IMG/VR virus record: IMGVR_UViG_3300033388_003553
Coordinates: 7,434-71,433 of that record
Source: a virus
Reading direction: 5' to 3' (one strand)
DNA length: 64,000 bases
Positions 39,779 through 49,842 of this stretch are shown here, one piece after another. The notes beneath the pieces were generated by a model. It searched no databases and had not been told where the DNA came from. It was given only the letters and a program-made list of their open reading frames with translations. The translations under genes were made by a program, and so were the position numbers. Each line of letters opens with the position of its first letter. Position 1 is the stretch's first letter.

Positions 39779-40298
39779 TATGGGATTAGAATTAGGAAAT
39801 ATCATTATAATAGTAGCTGCTTCAAGTAACAATGTGATTGGGGATAAAAATAAATTAATCTGGAATTTACCATCAGATTTAAAGATGTTCAAAAAAGTAA
39901 CATCTGGTCATGTGGTAATAATGGGTAGGAGAACGTGGGAATCAATTCCAGACAAACATAGACCATTACCCAACAGGACTAACGTGGTTTTAAGTAGGAA
40001 TCCAGATTATATAGTTAATGGGGCCTATGTTAGACCTAACTTAGTTGAGTCTTTAGAGGAATTTACACACCAAGGTAAGGATGTATTTGTAATTGGTGGT
40101 GGTGAAATATATAAGGAAGCATTTAAATATGCTAATAAATTATATATGACAAGAGTAGTTGCAAATGTTGTTGGTGACACACACTTAGAAGGTTTAGTTA
40201 ATTCTGATTGGGATTTAGTTGAATTTGAAGGACCATTCAAAGAGGATGGACTAGATTTTAGATTTGAAAAATACAGAAAAAATGGAGAAAATAGTTAG
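39771..40298 (+). CDS. folA: Dihydrofolate reductase
   Basis: VIMGRRTWESI...PLPNRTNVVLS...VIGGGEIY. Confidence 0.95.
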   Translation: MYNMGLELGNIIIIVAASSNNVIGDKNKLIWNLPSDLKMFKKVTSGHVVIMGRRTWESIPDKHRPLPNRTNVVLSRNPDYIVNGAYVRPNLVESLEEFTHQGKDVFVIGGGEIYKEAFKYANKLYMTRVVANVVGDTHLEGLVNSDWDLVEFEGPFKEDGLDFRFEKYRKNGENS

Positions 40299-40471
40299 AC
40301 AAATACTAGCTAAGGATAAAGCTAGTGCAATTATTCAATCATGTGAAAATTGCACCCACTATGATGTGGCTGAACAATATATTAAAAACTACAAAAAACT
40401 TTTCGGAGATATGGTTGGTACTACTGAATTGTTGCGTAATTTACAGGGTGTTAAATTAAAAAACTTAAATA

Positions 40472-41038
40472 ATGGCTGAAAAGAAAACTATTATTGTGAA
40501 TTTATTTGGTGGACCAGGCAGTGGGAAATCAACACAAGCTTTAGGTGTCACTTATAAACTTAAATTAAATGGTGTAAATTGTGAATATGCATCTGAAATT
40601 GCAAAAGACCTTATGTGGCGTGAAGATTATGGGTCACTTAAAGACCAAATCAAGATATTTGGTAAACAGAACGGTAAAATATTTGACCTTAAGAATAAGG
40701 TAGATGTCATAATAACTGATAGTCCAGCGGTAATTGGTTTATTATATTGTGATAATACAGAAGTATCTGTAAAAGAGTTAAAGTCCTTGGCATTAGCTGA
40801 ATTTAATAGAGATGATATCATTAATCTCAATATCATGCTTAAGAGAGACACAAATAGACCATACGACCCAAACGGTCGTGAGCAGACTGAGGAAGAAGCA
40901 AAACAGAAGGATAAGGATGTTCTTGAATTACTTTCTGAACTTAATATTAATGTACAACACTTTGTTGGTCAAGAGGCGACTGTAGATTACATTTACACAG
41001 ATATAATGAAAAAATTAGACAAAATTTTGGTAGATTAA
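40472..41038 (+). CDS. P-loop nucleotide kinase / NadR-Ttd14-like AAA protein
   Basis: NLFGGPGSGKST; ITDSP. Confidence 0.7.
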   Translation: MAEKKTIIVNLFGGPGSGKSTQALGVTYKLKLNGVNCEYASEIAKDLMWREDYGSLKDQIKIFGKQNGKIFDLKNKVDVIITDSPAVIGLLYCDNTEVSVKELKSLALAEFNRDDIINLNIMLKRDTNRPYDPNGREQTEEEAKQKDKDVLELLSELNINVQHFVGQEATVDYIYTDIMKKLDKILVD

Positions 41039-41098
41039 TACATTATTCTTATATTTGTAGAGTCTTGACATTTACGTAGTTTTCACTACATTTATATC

Positions 41099-41581
41099 AT
41101 GACAAAAAAAGCTACTACAAAAAAAACAACTACTAGAAAAACAACAACAAAAAAGGTACCAAAAAAAACACCACAAAAAAAAACACCACAAAAAAAAACA
41201 ACTACTAGAAAAACAACCACAAAAAAAGCACCACCAAAAGCACCACCAAAAGCTACCACAAAAAAAACTACCACAAAAAAAACAACTACTAGAAAAACAA
41301 CTACTAGAAAAACAAAAACAGAACCTAAGAAACCAACACCAACGAATAGGGCACCAAGTAAAAAGGGTCTAATCACTAAGGGTATACCTAAACCAACAAC
41401 AACTAGACGTAAACCACTTAGGAGCAAAAAATCTGAAAATAAGTTTATTAGGTTGAGGTCTGATGCTGGAATTGAAAAATACAATGAAATGGGGCAAAAG
41501 ATTCAAAAGGGTGAGGTAATTTGGTCTTATTACGCACTTGATGGTAATTTCCATTACCATTATTATTTGATAAAAAAATAA
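41099..41581 (+). CDS. Histone H1-like K/T-rich basic protein
   Basis: Repeated KKTTTRK motifs. Confidence 0.55.
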   Translation: MTKKATTKKTTTRKTTTKKVPKKTPQKKTPQKKTTTRKTTTKKAPPKAPPKATTKKTTTKKTTTRKTTTRKTKTEPKKPTPTNRAPSKKGLITKGIPKPTTTRRKPLRSKKSENKFIRLRSDAGIEKYNEMGQKIQKGEVIWSYYALDGNFHYHYYLIKK

Positions 41582-42096
41582 TTGATGATAAATAAAATAA
41601 AAAAATTAATAAAATCAGAACAATTTAAGGTTTGGTTATCTAACCCACAATTATGGGAATCATTAAATATCGATTACCATCCACCAAGAGTTGAGCGAGT
41701 TTGGATGCCATTTAATGATATGCGAGTATCATTACATGTGATACACCCATCAGGTAAATACGACACACAAATACACTCATACCCTTGGGAGTTAGCATCA
41801 TATGTTCTACCAATAGGTGGAAAATATGAGCAAGGTATTGGTTACAGAGGTTTTGATAAGTTGGGTTTAGAAAATAAAATAGTTTGTACTCAAGAATTGG
41901 GGGGTGACATGTATTATGAGATACTCGACCCAAACGCATTACACTATGTTAGACCTTATGTGTTACCAGTATTTATGGTTACCATTACAGGACCAAAAAT
42001 ATGGGGTAACAATGGGGTTATTCTTGACAAGAAATTAGAGCCATTAAGTGAAGAAAGGAAAAAAGAAATATTACAAACATTTAAACACTATTTCGA

Positions 42097-42507
42097 ATGA
42101 AATTAATTAAAAAAATAAATGCAGATTTTATTACTGCATTCAAATCTAGTAAAGGAAATGAAACCAAAAAAATGGAAAAAGATTTTCTTGGGTTATTAAA
42201 AAGTGAATTTACTAAAGAGTCTAAAGAACCAGAAGACGCCTTTGTAATTAGTAAAATTAAGGCAATGATTAAGAACGCTGCCGCAACTAACAGTCTTAAT
42301 GAAGTTGAGTTGAAAATTCTTAACAGTTATTTGCCAAAACAATTAACTGAAGCTGAATTATTAAAAATTATTAATGAAGAAGTCAAAACACACGGTTATG
42401 AACTAATGTCTAACATGGGTAAAATAATGTCGTTCCTTAAGAACAATTACGGTGGTCAATATGATGGTAAAATGGCTTCCACACTTGTAAGAACATTACT
42501 TAAATAA
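42097..42507 (+). CDS. YqeY/GatB-domain protein
   Basis: YLPKQLTEAEL...MGKIM...DGK. Confidence 0.8.
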   Translation: MKLIKKINADFITAFKSSKGNETKKMEKDFLGLLKSEFTKESKEPEDAFVISKIKAMIKNAAATNSLNEVELKILNSYLPKQLTEAELLKIINEEVKTHGYELMSNMGKIMSFLKNNYGGQYDGKMASTLVRTLLK

Positions 42508-42527
42508 ATGTAAAATACATACACAAC

Positions 42528-43016
42528 ATGAAAGTAATTTTTACAGATATAGATGGGGTATTAGCAGTCGGTAGGATTGTTAGGAAAGAAACCAAATGGG
42601 GTAATCTTTATCGATTTGATAGTAAGGCTGTCAAATTATTTAATGAAGTTCTTGATACAACTGGTGCTGAGATTGTACTATCATCAGACTGGAAAAAACA
42701 TCACACATTAGAAGATATGAGAGAAATATTTCAATGGAACGGTGTTAATAAATTACCAATTAGTTTTACGGTCAATTCCCCAAAATATGAAGAAGGTAAT
42801 TCAAATAAAGAGTGGGCATATGGTAGAGCTTGGGAAATTAAAGAGTATGTTGAGAGGCATGGTTTAACTAATTGGGTGGCTATAGATGATTTAAAACTAC
42901 ATGAGTCTGACTATTCAGAATTCTTAGAAGAACACTTTGTATATTGTGGTAGAAAAATGGAAGGGGTTAAACAAACTAGCCTTAAAGATAAGGTAATTAA
43001 AATATTAAATAAGTGA
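42528..43016 (+). CDS. HAD domain protein (Swiss Army Knife RNA-repair type)
   Basis: FTDIDGVL...IVLSSDWK...WVAIDD. Confidence 0.75.
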   Translation: MKVIFTDIDGVLAVGRIVRKETKWGNLYRFDSKAVKLFNEVLDTTGAEIVLSSDWKKHHTLEDMREIFQWNGVNKLPISFTVNSPKYEEGNSNKEWAYGRAWEIKEYVERHGLTNWVAIDDLKLHESDYSEFLEEHFVYCGRKMEGVKQTSLKDKVIKILNK

Positions 43017-43095
43017 TTAAAGTATTAAATAATATTGGTATAGTAAATCAGATAAGTAAAATAACGATTAGTTGTTAGATATAAAAGAATTGTAA

Positions 43096-43545
43096 ATGAG
43101 TGAAAATAAAAATTTGGATGGAGAATTTATGGGTATTGCTAGGGCATTAAGCATCTTAACAGATGACACCAATACTGGTGTGGGTTGCCTAATAGTTAAA
43201 GATAATAAAATAATATTACATGGTGTTAACCAATTACCAAACGGGGTCAAAAAAACAAATGAAAGGTGTGAGAAACCATTAAAAGACAAATGGATGCTTC
43301 ATTCAGAAAGAAATGTAATATACAAAGCAGCTAAAGAGGGAATAATGACCAATGGTTGTAAGATGTATGTTACCTATTTCCCTTGCCATGAATGTTCTAG
43401 AGCAATAATACAAGCGGGGATTAAAGAAGTTGTGGCACCAAAACCAGACTTAACGCACCAAAAATGGGGTGAGTCTTGGGCAACATCAATTGAAATGTTA
43501 AATGAATGTAATGTAAAAGTAAATTTTTATGAATATGAGGAGTAA
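43096..43545 (+). CDS. dCMP deaminase family protein
   Basis: HSERN...PCHEC. Confidence 0.85.
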   Translation: MSENKNLDGEFMGIARALSILTDDTNTGVGCLIVKDNKIILHGVNQLPNGVKKTNERCEKPLKDKWMLHSERNVIYKAAKEGIMTNGCKMYVTYFPCHECSRAIIQAGIKEVVAPKPDLTHQKWGESWATSIEMLNECNVKVNFYEYEE

Positions 43546-44082
43546 TTATATGTATTTTGAACTGAAATATGTTCGAGTTGAAGGTGAAGAACCTAAAAAA
43601 GTAATTAATAACGCTAATTGGTTGATTAATCAACCACATACTAATAGTGATGGTGTGTGGGGTTATCTTAACATGACTGAACGACACGGTTTTAGTAAAA
43701 AACAACACACAATTGTTGACCAATACTGGGTGGATTTTACAAAATATAAACCACAAGACAATGAAATGGGTAAATTCATTGAAATGGCATTTTCAAAACT
43801 TAATTAAATGGGTAAATTAGAGAGAGTTACGATATGTATTGCTAATCAGAAACCAAAAAGATTAACAGTAGAAGAGGTCTCAAAATGGGAACCAAAGAAT
43901 ATTAGTCGAATGGGTGGTGACGTTTATTTTAAAGTTGATAATGATTATGTGTCGATGAAAGTCAATGATTATAATAAAATTTTCGAATAATTGGGGAACT
44001 AATTAATTTTTAAGTGGGAAAAAAATATAATACAATAACTTGTATAAGGTATAAATAAACAAAGTGTAAAACAAAAATTAAA

Positions 44083-44364
44083 ATGAAATATATAAATTTA
44101 TTAATATTATTATTATTATTGGTTGGATGTGCTGATGTATCACATGTGCAAGAATGTTTACCAGAAGCGGAACACACTTATGGGTTCTGGGGTGGAACAT
44201 GGCACGGGATGATTACATTCCCTTCATTCATAGGTAGTATAATCTGGGACGATGTGGCAGTATATGCTGTTAACAACAATGGTGCTTGGTATAATTTTGG
44301 GTTCGTTGGTGGATTCTTCTTTATATTGAAACTAATTGGACTATTGTTAAAAAACAACGATTAA
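44083..44364 (+). CDS. Putative lipoprotein
   Basis: LLVGC lipobox; GFWGG.WHG...NNG.WYNFGF. Confidence 0.6.
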   Translation: MKYINLLILLLLLVGCADVSHVQECLPEAEHTYGFWGGTWHGMITFPSFIGSIIWDDVAVYAVNNNGAWYNFGFVGGFFFILKLIGLLLKNND

Positions 44365-44365
44365 G

Positions 44366-45103
44366 GTGAAAAAGAAAATTACAATATTCACGGGGGCTGG
44401 AGTCAGCGAAGAAAGTGGGATTCCAACATTCCGTTATGGTGCAAATGCATTATGGGCTGGCGTACCAGTTGGTGATGTAGCAACACCATCGGGTTGGAAG
44501 AAAGACCGTGAAAACGTATTGGATTTCTACAATGCACGTAGAAAACAATTAAGTGAGGTTTTACCGAATGCAGCACATGAGGCGTTGGCTAAACTAGAGG
44601 AAAAATATGACGTAACAATAGTTACTCAAAACGTAGATGACTTACATGAAAAAGCTGGGTCAACTAACGTATTACACTTACACGGTGAATTGACGAAAGC
44701 TAGAGGTTGTGTGTATTACCATAAGGCTGCACCAGTTGATAATGTATATAATATTGGGTATGATGACATTAATATTGGTGATAAGTGTGAGAACACTGGC
44801 TCACAATTACGCCCACACATTGTTTGGTTTGGTGAGATGCCATTTAATGTTGAAGAGTCAATGTCTGCAATTAAAGATTCTGACATATTATTGGTGATTG
44901 GGACTAGTTTACAAATTTCATATACAATACCACTACTTGGTGATGGGGGACAGGCTGTTGGTGAAGTTTATTACATTGACCCAAACCCAGTAAATTACTT
45001 AGACACATACAATTTACCAATAACATACATTAAAGAAAAAGCTATTAAAGGTGTAACAGATTTAGTTGAAATTTTAATGGTTAGGGAAGATAATAAAAAA
45101 TAA
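44366..45103 (+). CDS. cobB: NAD-dependent deacylase (sirtuin)
   Basis: TGAGVSEESGIPTFR, TQNVDDLHE, HLHG, RPHIVWFGE, IGTSL. Confidence 0.9.
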   Translation: MKKKITIFTGAGVSEESGIPTFRYGANALWAGVPVGDVATPSGWKKDRENVLDFYNARRKQLSEVLPNAAHEALAKLEEKYDVTIVTQNVDDLHEKAGSTNVLHLHGELTKARGCVYYHKAAPVDNVYNIGYDDINIGDKCENTGSQLRPHIVWFGEMPFNVEESMSAIKDSDILLVIGTSLQISYTIPLLGDGGQAVGEVYYIDPNPVNYLDTYNLPITYIKEKAIKGVTDLVEILMVREDNKK

Positions 45104-45526
45104 AAACAATAAATATGAGTGTAATTAAATTCGAATTAACTGAGCAACATATAGCACTAGTTAAGAACCTAAATTATGAAGCTTTGTTTTCATTAGCTAA
45201 TGACGATAAAGTATCTCATGAGGGTAACCTATTTGGTTATTCTGATGACACATTTGATGACGTAGGTATTATTATTTATGGTATGCCAGAGGGTGACTTT
45301 GACCCACTAAGTTCAGGTACGATTAAATATACTGAAGAACAAAAGAATGAAATGGGTAAGTTAATTAGTGAACTACCAAAAGCATTACAAATAATGTTGC
45401 AAACTGGTAGATTTGAGATTGGACAATATAAGACGAGACACCATTTGGTAGATTGGAAAAAATATGTGTAAATTTTGGGAATATTAAATAATATTATTAT
45501 ATTTGTGTAAAACAATTAAAAGTTAG

Positions 45527-46018
45527 ATGATGGATAAAAAATGTAATGATGACCCATTTATGAGTGATTACAGAGCTATTGAGAGGTTAGTTTTAGATTA
45601 TGTTAAATATGGTAAGTTGATTATTGCTTACGATTATGACAGTACAGTGTTTGATTTCCACAGAAGAGGTGACACATTTACTAAGGTTATAGGGTTATTA
45701 AGGGAATGTAGACCATACGCTAAATTAATTGTTTACACACATTCTGATGACGTTAGGCACGGTGAAATTATTGAGTATTTGGACAAGCACGATATCCCTT
45801 GGGATACTATTAATGAAGGTATTGTCTGGGTAAATAGTAAAAGAGAAGGTAAATTATTTTACAGCCATTTTTTAGATGATAGAGCTGGTTTAAGGAGTGC
45901 TTATTTAATATTAGATAAAGCAATTGATATTATTAAACAAAAACCCACTAATTCGGAAGAAGCATATGGGATGCTAAAAGAACGTGGATATACATTTACA
46001 TATGATGGAAATAAGTAA
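45527..46018 (+). CDS. HAD-like protein
   Basis: AYDYDSTV...FLDDRAG. Confidence 0.6.
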   Translation: MMDKKCNDDPFMSDYRAIERLVLDYVKYGKLIIAYDYDSTVFDFHRRGDTFTKVIGLLRECRPYAKLIVYTHSDDVRHGEIIEYLDKHDIPWDTINEGIVWVNSKREGKLFYSHFLDDRAGLRSAYLILDKAIDIIKQKPTNSEEAYGMLKERGYTFTYDGNK

Positions 46019-46601
46019 AATTATAGAAGGTTGTAAGCTTGGTAAACGTAAAGCACAAAAAGCTTTATTTAAGACCCAGTATGGTAAATTAAAAAGTGTT
46101 TGCATTAGGTACTCTAAAGAAAATGCTGAAGATATGGTGCAAGAAGCTTTTTTACAAGCTTTTCAGCGTTTTAATAAATTTGAAGGGGATAGTGAAGCCC
46201 AATTATTTGCTTGGTTAAAAACCTTAGCAATTAATAATTTTGTGTGGGAAGCACACAAAACTGGTAGATTTAAAGAAAAAGCAACAGATTTTGTTGAAGA
46301 AACGTTTAAACACCCAATAACCAATGAGGAACTTATAGAAGTTAGTGATGAATATATAAGTAAGCGAGACCTTCAAACAAATGACATTATGTGGGCGATT
46401 GATATGTTGGATGATGATAAGAGAGCTGTATTCAATATGATGAGTATTGATGGGTTAAACGCCACTCAAACAGCTAAGAAGTTGGGCATCTCTTATCCTT
46501 GTTGTCAATACAGATACAATAAAGCTAAGAGAAAAGTTAAGATGTATATTACGAACAAAGAATTATTTAAAGGATTAAACAAAATTGCAAACGTAGAATA
46601 A
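46002..46601 (+). CDS. ECF-type RNA polymerase sigma factor
   Basis: AEDMVQEAF...WL..LAIN; region 4 HTH; Bacteroidota-like IIEGC...AQKAL. Confidence 0.8.
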   Translation: MMEISKIIEGCKLGKRKAQKALFKTQYGKLKSVCIRYSKENAEDMVQEAFLQAFQRFNKFEGDSEAQLFAWLKTLAINNFVWEAHKTGRFKEKATDFVEETFKHPITNEELIEVSDEYISKRDLQTNDIMWAIDMLDDDKRAVFNMMSIDGLNATQTAKKLGISYPCCQYRYNKAKRKVKMYITNKELFKGLNKIANVE

Positions 46602-47289
46602 ACTAAAAGGTAAATATAAATTTTAGTTTTAATTAAATTTACATAATGTTAGGTGTAGTTACTAATTAACAATAATATGGTGTTTTTAGATGTAATTAGA
46701 GTATCAAGTAATAAATACTTAAAAAGATATTGGGATTACCAAGGTGGTAAAAAAGAAATGATTGAAATAAGTTGTTCACGATTTGAGTATGAAAAATATA
46801 TAAAAAATAGATAATGATACCAGATAGATTAGAATTAAAAAATGGTAATATAGTGGAGGTTGATACTATTGAAATACAGATAAATAATAATGACCACAAC
46901 AAATACCTTACTGCAACTATTGATTATGCTGAATATGATAATAATCAAGAATTAAGTGATAAAGATTATGATGAGTTAAATGGGTATCATGATTTAATTA
47001 TAGATTTAATTGACCATTTAGAATTATAGAAATTACATCTAATGGTTGATTTAAGAACATGTGATAAGGGGGATATTTTAATTTCAAGACATGGTAAGAT
47101 GTTAAGATATTTAAGACCAACATATTGTGGTGAATATTTAGACCATATTGTTCAGTATATAGATAAAGAAGGGTATAAGGGTTTAGGAAGTAGAACACAC
47201 GATGGTTATGTGTTTTTAAAAAACAGAAAGCCTGAAACAGACCACGATATAATTAATATTATTAAAATTAGTAAAATATTTCAAGAAGT

Positions 47290-48072
47290 ATGAAAAAATT
47301 AAGTTCACGTATGAAACACTACGAAGCGTGTTATAGTACAATGATTCCACCACGCACATATACAATCGTAAGGGTTGATGGTAGAGGGTTTTCTAAGTTC
47401 ACTAAAAAAATGAACAAACCATTTGATGAACAATTCTCAGAAGCAATGAACTTTGCTGCGATTGAGATGTGTAAGAAGTTTAACCCAGCATTTGCGTATA
47501 CTCAATCAGATGAAATTACACTTGTTTTCACTGATTTTGGTGAGAACCAAGAGGCAATATTTAAAGGTAAGGTTCAGAAGATATGTAGTCTTACTGCGGC
47601 TAGAGCTACCGCTTCATTCAACAAGAAGATGTTGATGTCTTCAGCTTTGAAGACATTGACTTTAAACGATATTGATAATTTCTTTAATGGTATTGGTAAT
47701 GGTGAAGGTATTTATGATGTTGAGTTTGATTCTAGGGTTTATGTGATTCCAGATATTAAGGAAGTTGCAAACTGTCTTGTTTGGAGGCAACAAGATGCTA
47801 CTAGGAACTCTATTAGTATGGCTGCTGATGCATTATACTCACACAAAGAGTTAATGGGTAGGTCTTCTAGTGTTAAACAAGAGATGATGTTTGATAAAGG
47901 TGTCAACTGGAATAATTATGCTGTAAAATATAAACGTGGTGTTGTTATTAAGAAGATTGAATTTGAGGGACCAAACGGTGCTATTAGGAAAAAGTGGGAA
48001 GTCGATAATGGAACACCAATCTTCACACAGGATTGGGTCTACCTATATGATTTAATCCCTAGTGTCTGCTAA
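47290..48072 (+). CDS. tRNA(His) guanylyltransferase Thg1-like
   Basis: RVDGRGFSKF, YTQSDEI, FDSRV, WRQQDATRNSI. Confidence 0.9.
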   Translation: MKKLSSRMKHYEACYSTMIPPRTYTIVRVDGRGFSKFTKKMNKPFDEQFSEAMNFAAIEMCKKFNPAFAYTQSDEITLVFTDFGENQEAIFKGKVQKICSLTAARATASFNKKMLMSSALKTLTLNDIDNFFNGIGNGEGIYDVEFDSRVYVIPDIKEVANCLVWRQQDATRNSISMAADALYSHKELMGRSSSVKQEMMFDKGVNWNNYAVKYKRGVVIKKIEFEGPNGAIRKKWEVDNGTPIFTQDWVYLYDLIPSVC

Positions 48073-48167
48073 TATTTTTTTTTTAAAAAAAAACCAATTT
48101 ACCTTGTGAGTTACCATTCTTTTATATAAATTTGTTTTATCATAATAAAAGTGTAAAATTAAAAAAA

Positions 48168-49763
48168 ATGAAGTTTAAAAAATTAACTGATACTCAAAAA
48201 GCTAAGATAGCAGAAATTTACACAAGTAAAAAAATATCTTGGGATGACAAAGAGGAAGCACTAGCCAAATATACAGGTAAATCTGCCAGAACAGCTAGAG
48301 ATTGGTGTGCTAAGTTAGGGTTAACCAAACCAAAAGAATCAGATTCACCTCAGTATGATGCAGCAAAAAATAAAAAGGTTGATGGGGATAAGAGGGTGTA
48401 TTTAATCACTTCAGCACAGTCTAACACAGCGATAAATAATAAAATGTTAGATAGTATGGAGTTGTATGCTAAAAAACATAATGCTGAAATTTTAATTATA
48501 CCATTAAAATATAATGTTGACCAAACATGGTTCAGTCAACATAAGAACCACACTTGGGCTAAGAGGGCCTTACCCTACCTCAATGCAAGTAATTATGATT
48601 TATGTAAGACATTAACCTACAGAGGTGACATAAAGATTAGACCAACAGTAAAATGGCCCTTATCATCTAAATCACCATTAAGTGGTTTAAATTCAGCAAT
48701 TTATGGTTCACCAAAAATACATCAAGAATCACAACCAACACTACAAGGTGATTCATCAAAATTATTATTAACAACGGGTTCGTTAACTAAGAAAAATTAT
48801 ACCGATACAGATACTGGAAAACATGGTGAACACTATCACCAGTATGGTTTTGTAGTTGTTGAAATACAAGACGAAAATATATTTCACGTAAGGCAAGTTG
48901 AAGTCAACAAAAATGGTTCATTTGATGATTTGTTCTATCATGTTGAGAATGGTGAGGTCACTAGAAACACTGATATTGAGGGTATCGTATTGGGTGATGT
49001 ACACTTTGCGACTGTTGATGAACAAGCTTTAAACACAACATTTGATTTGATGGATAAGTTGAAACCAAAGCACGTTATCTTAGAAGACGTATTTGACGGA
49101 CAATCATGTAATCCACACAACTTAGATGACCCAGACTACCAAACAATGTTAGAATTCCAAGGAGGCAATGACCTTGAGGAAGAACTAAAAGACTTGAAAG
49201 AGAAGTTGGGTAGGTTTGATAAATTCGATAATGTTGTTGTTGTTAGGAGTAATCATGATTTATTCTTGGAACGTTTCTTAAAAAGAGATTGGCGTAAACT
49301 ACCAACAATGAAGAATGGGTTGATTTACATGGAGCTTAAAACTAAGATGTTTAGGGCTTTCAAATCTGGTAAACTATGGAAAGGGGTAATCCCAACATTG
49401 GTTAATGAATGGTATCCAAAGTACAAAGCATTAGGATATGACGAACTTTATTATATCAAACACTTTGCTGTCTTCAATCATGGTGAGAAGGGTTCAAATG
49501 GTTCTAGAGGTGGTGGAGCTAAAAATTGGGCTAAATTTACTAGTGGTGTTGACGGACACAGAGAAAGGGGTGTAATTACTGCACATACACACGCACCATC
49601 TAGATATGGTAATTCAATTTGTGTTGGTCACTTATTATTACCACAAGATTACACATTTGGGTCACCATCAAGTTGGATGCAGAGTAATGCTATCGTACAT
49701 AAGAGTGGTAAAGCCCAACAAATACATATCATTGATGGGTTACATTATACCACTTTTAAGTAA
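48168..49763 (+). CDS. Calcineurin-like metallophosphoesterase with N-terminal extension
   Basis: GDVH, EDVFDG, SNHD, HG, AHTH. Confidence 0.7.
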   Translation: MKFKKLTDTQKAKIAEIYTSKKISWDDKEEALAKYTGKSARTARDWCAKLGLTKPKESDSPQYDAAKNKKVDGDKRVYLITSAQSNTAINNKMLDSMELYAKKHNAEILIIPLKYNVDQTWFSQHKNHTWAKRALPYLNASNYDLCKTLTYRGDIKIRPTVKWPLSSKSPLSGLNSAIYGSPKIHQESQPTLQGDSSKLLLTTGSLTKKNYTDTDTGKHGEHYHQYGFVVVEIQDENIFHVRQVEVNKNGSFDDLFYHVENGEVTRNTDIEGIVLGDVHFATVDEQALNTTFDLMDKLKPKHVILEDVFDGQSCNPHNLDDPDYQTMLEFQGGNDLEEELKDLKEKLGRFDKFDNVVVVRSNHDLFLERFLKRDWRKLPTMKNGLIYMELKTKMFRAFKSGKLWKGVIPTLVNEWYPKYKALGYDELYYIKHFAVFNHGEKGSNGSRGGGAKNWAKFTSGVDGHRERGVITAHTHAPSRYGNSICVGHLLLPQDYTFGSPSSWMQSNAIVHKSGKAQQIHIIDGLHYTTFK

Positions 49764-49842
49764 AAGTACTTTACAGTTAAAAAAAAAATCAGTAAGTTAA
49801 TAATAATAATAATAATAATAAATCATTTAAAGGATAATAATA

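Noticed and set aside
41092-41484. Hydrophobic V/F-rich minus-strand ORF and the other antisense ORFs
   Set aside because: Shadows of + strand genes; only 10732-11043 has a recognisable domain
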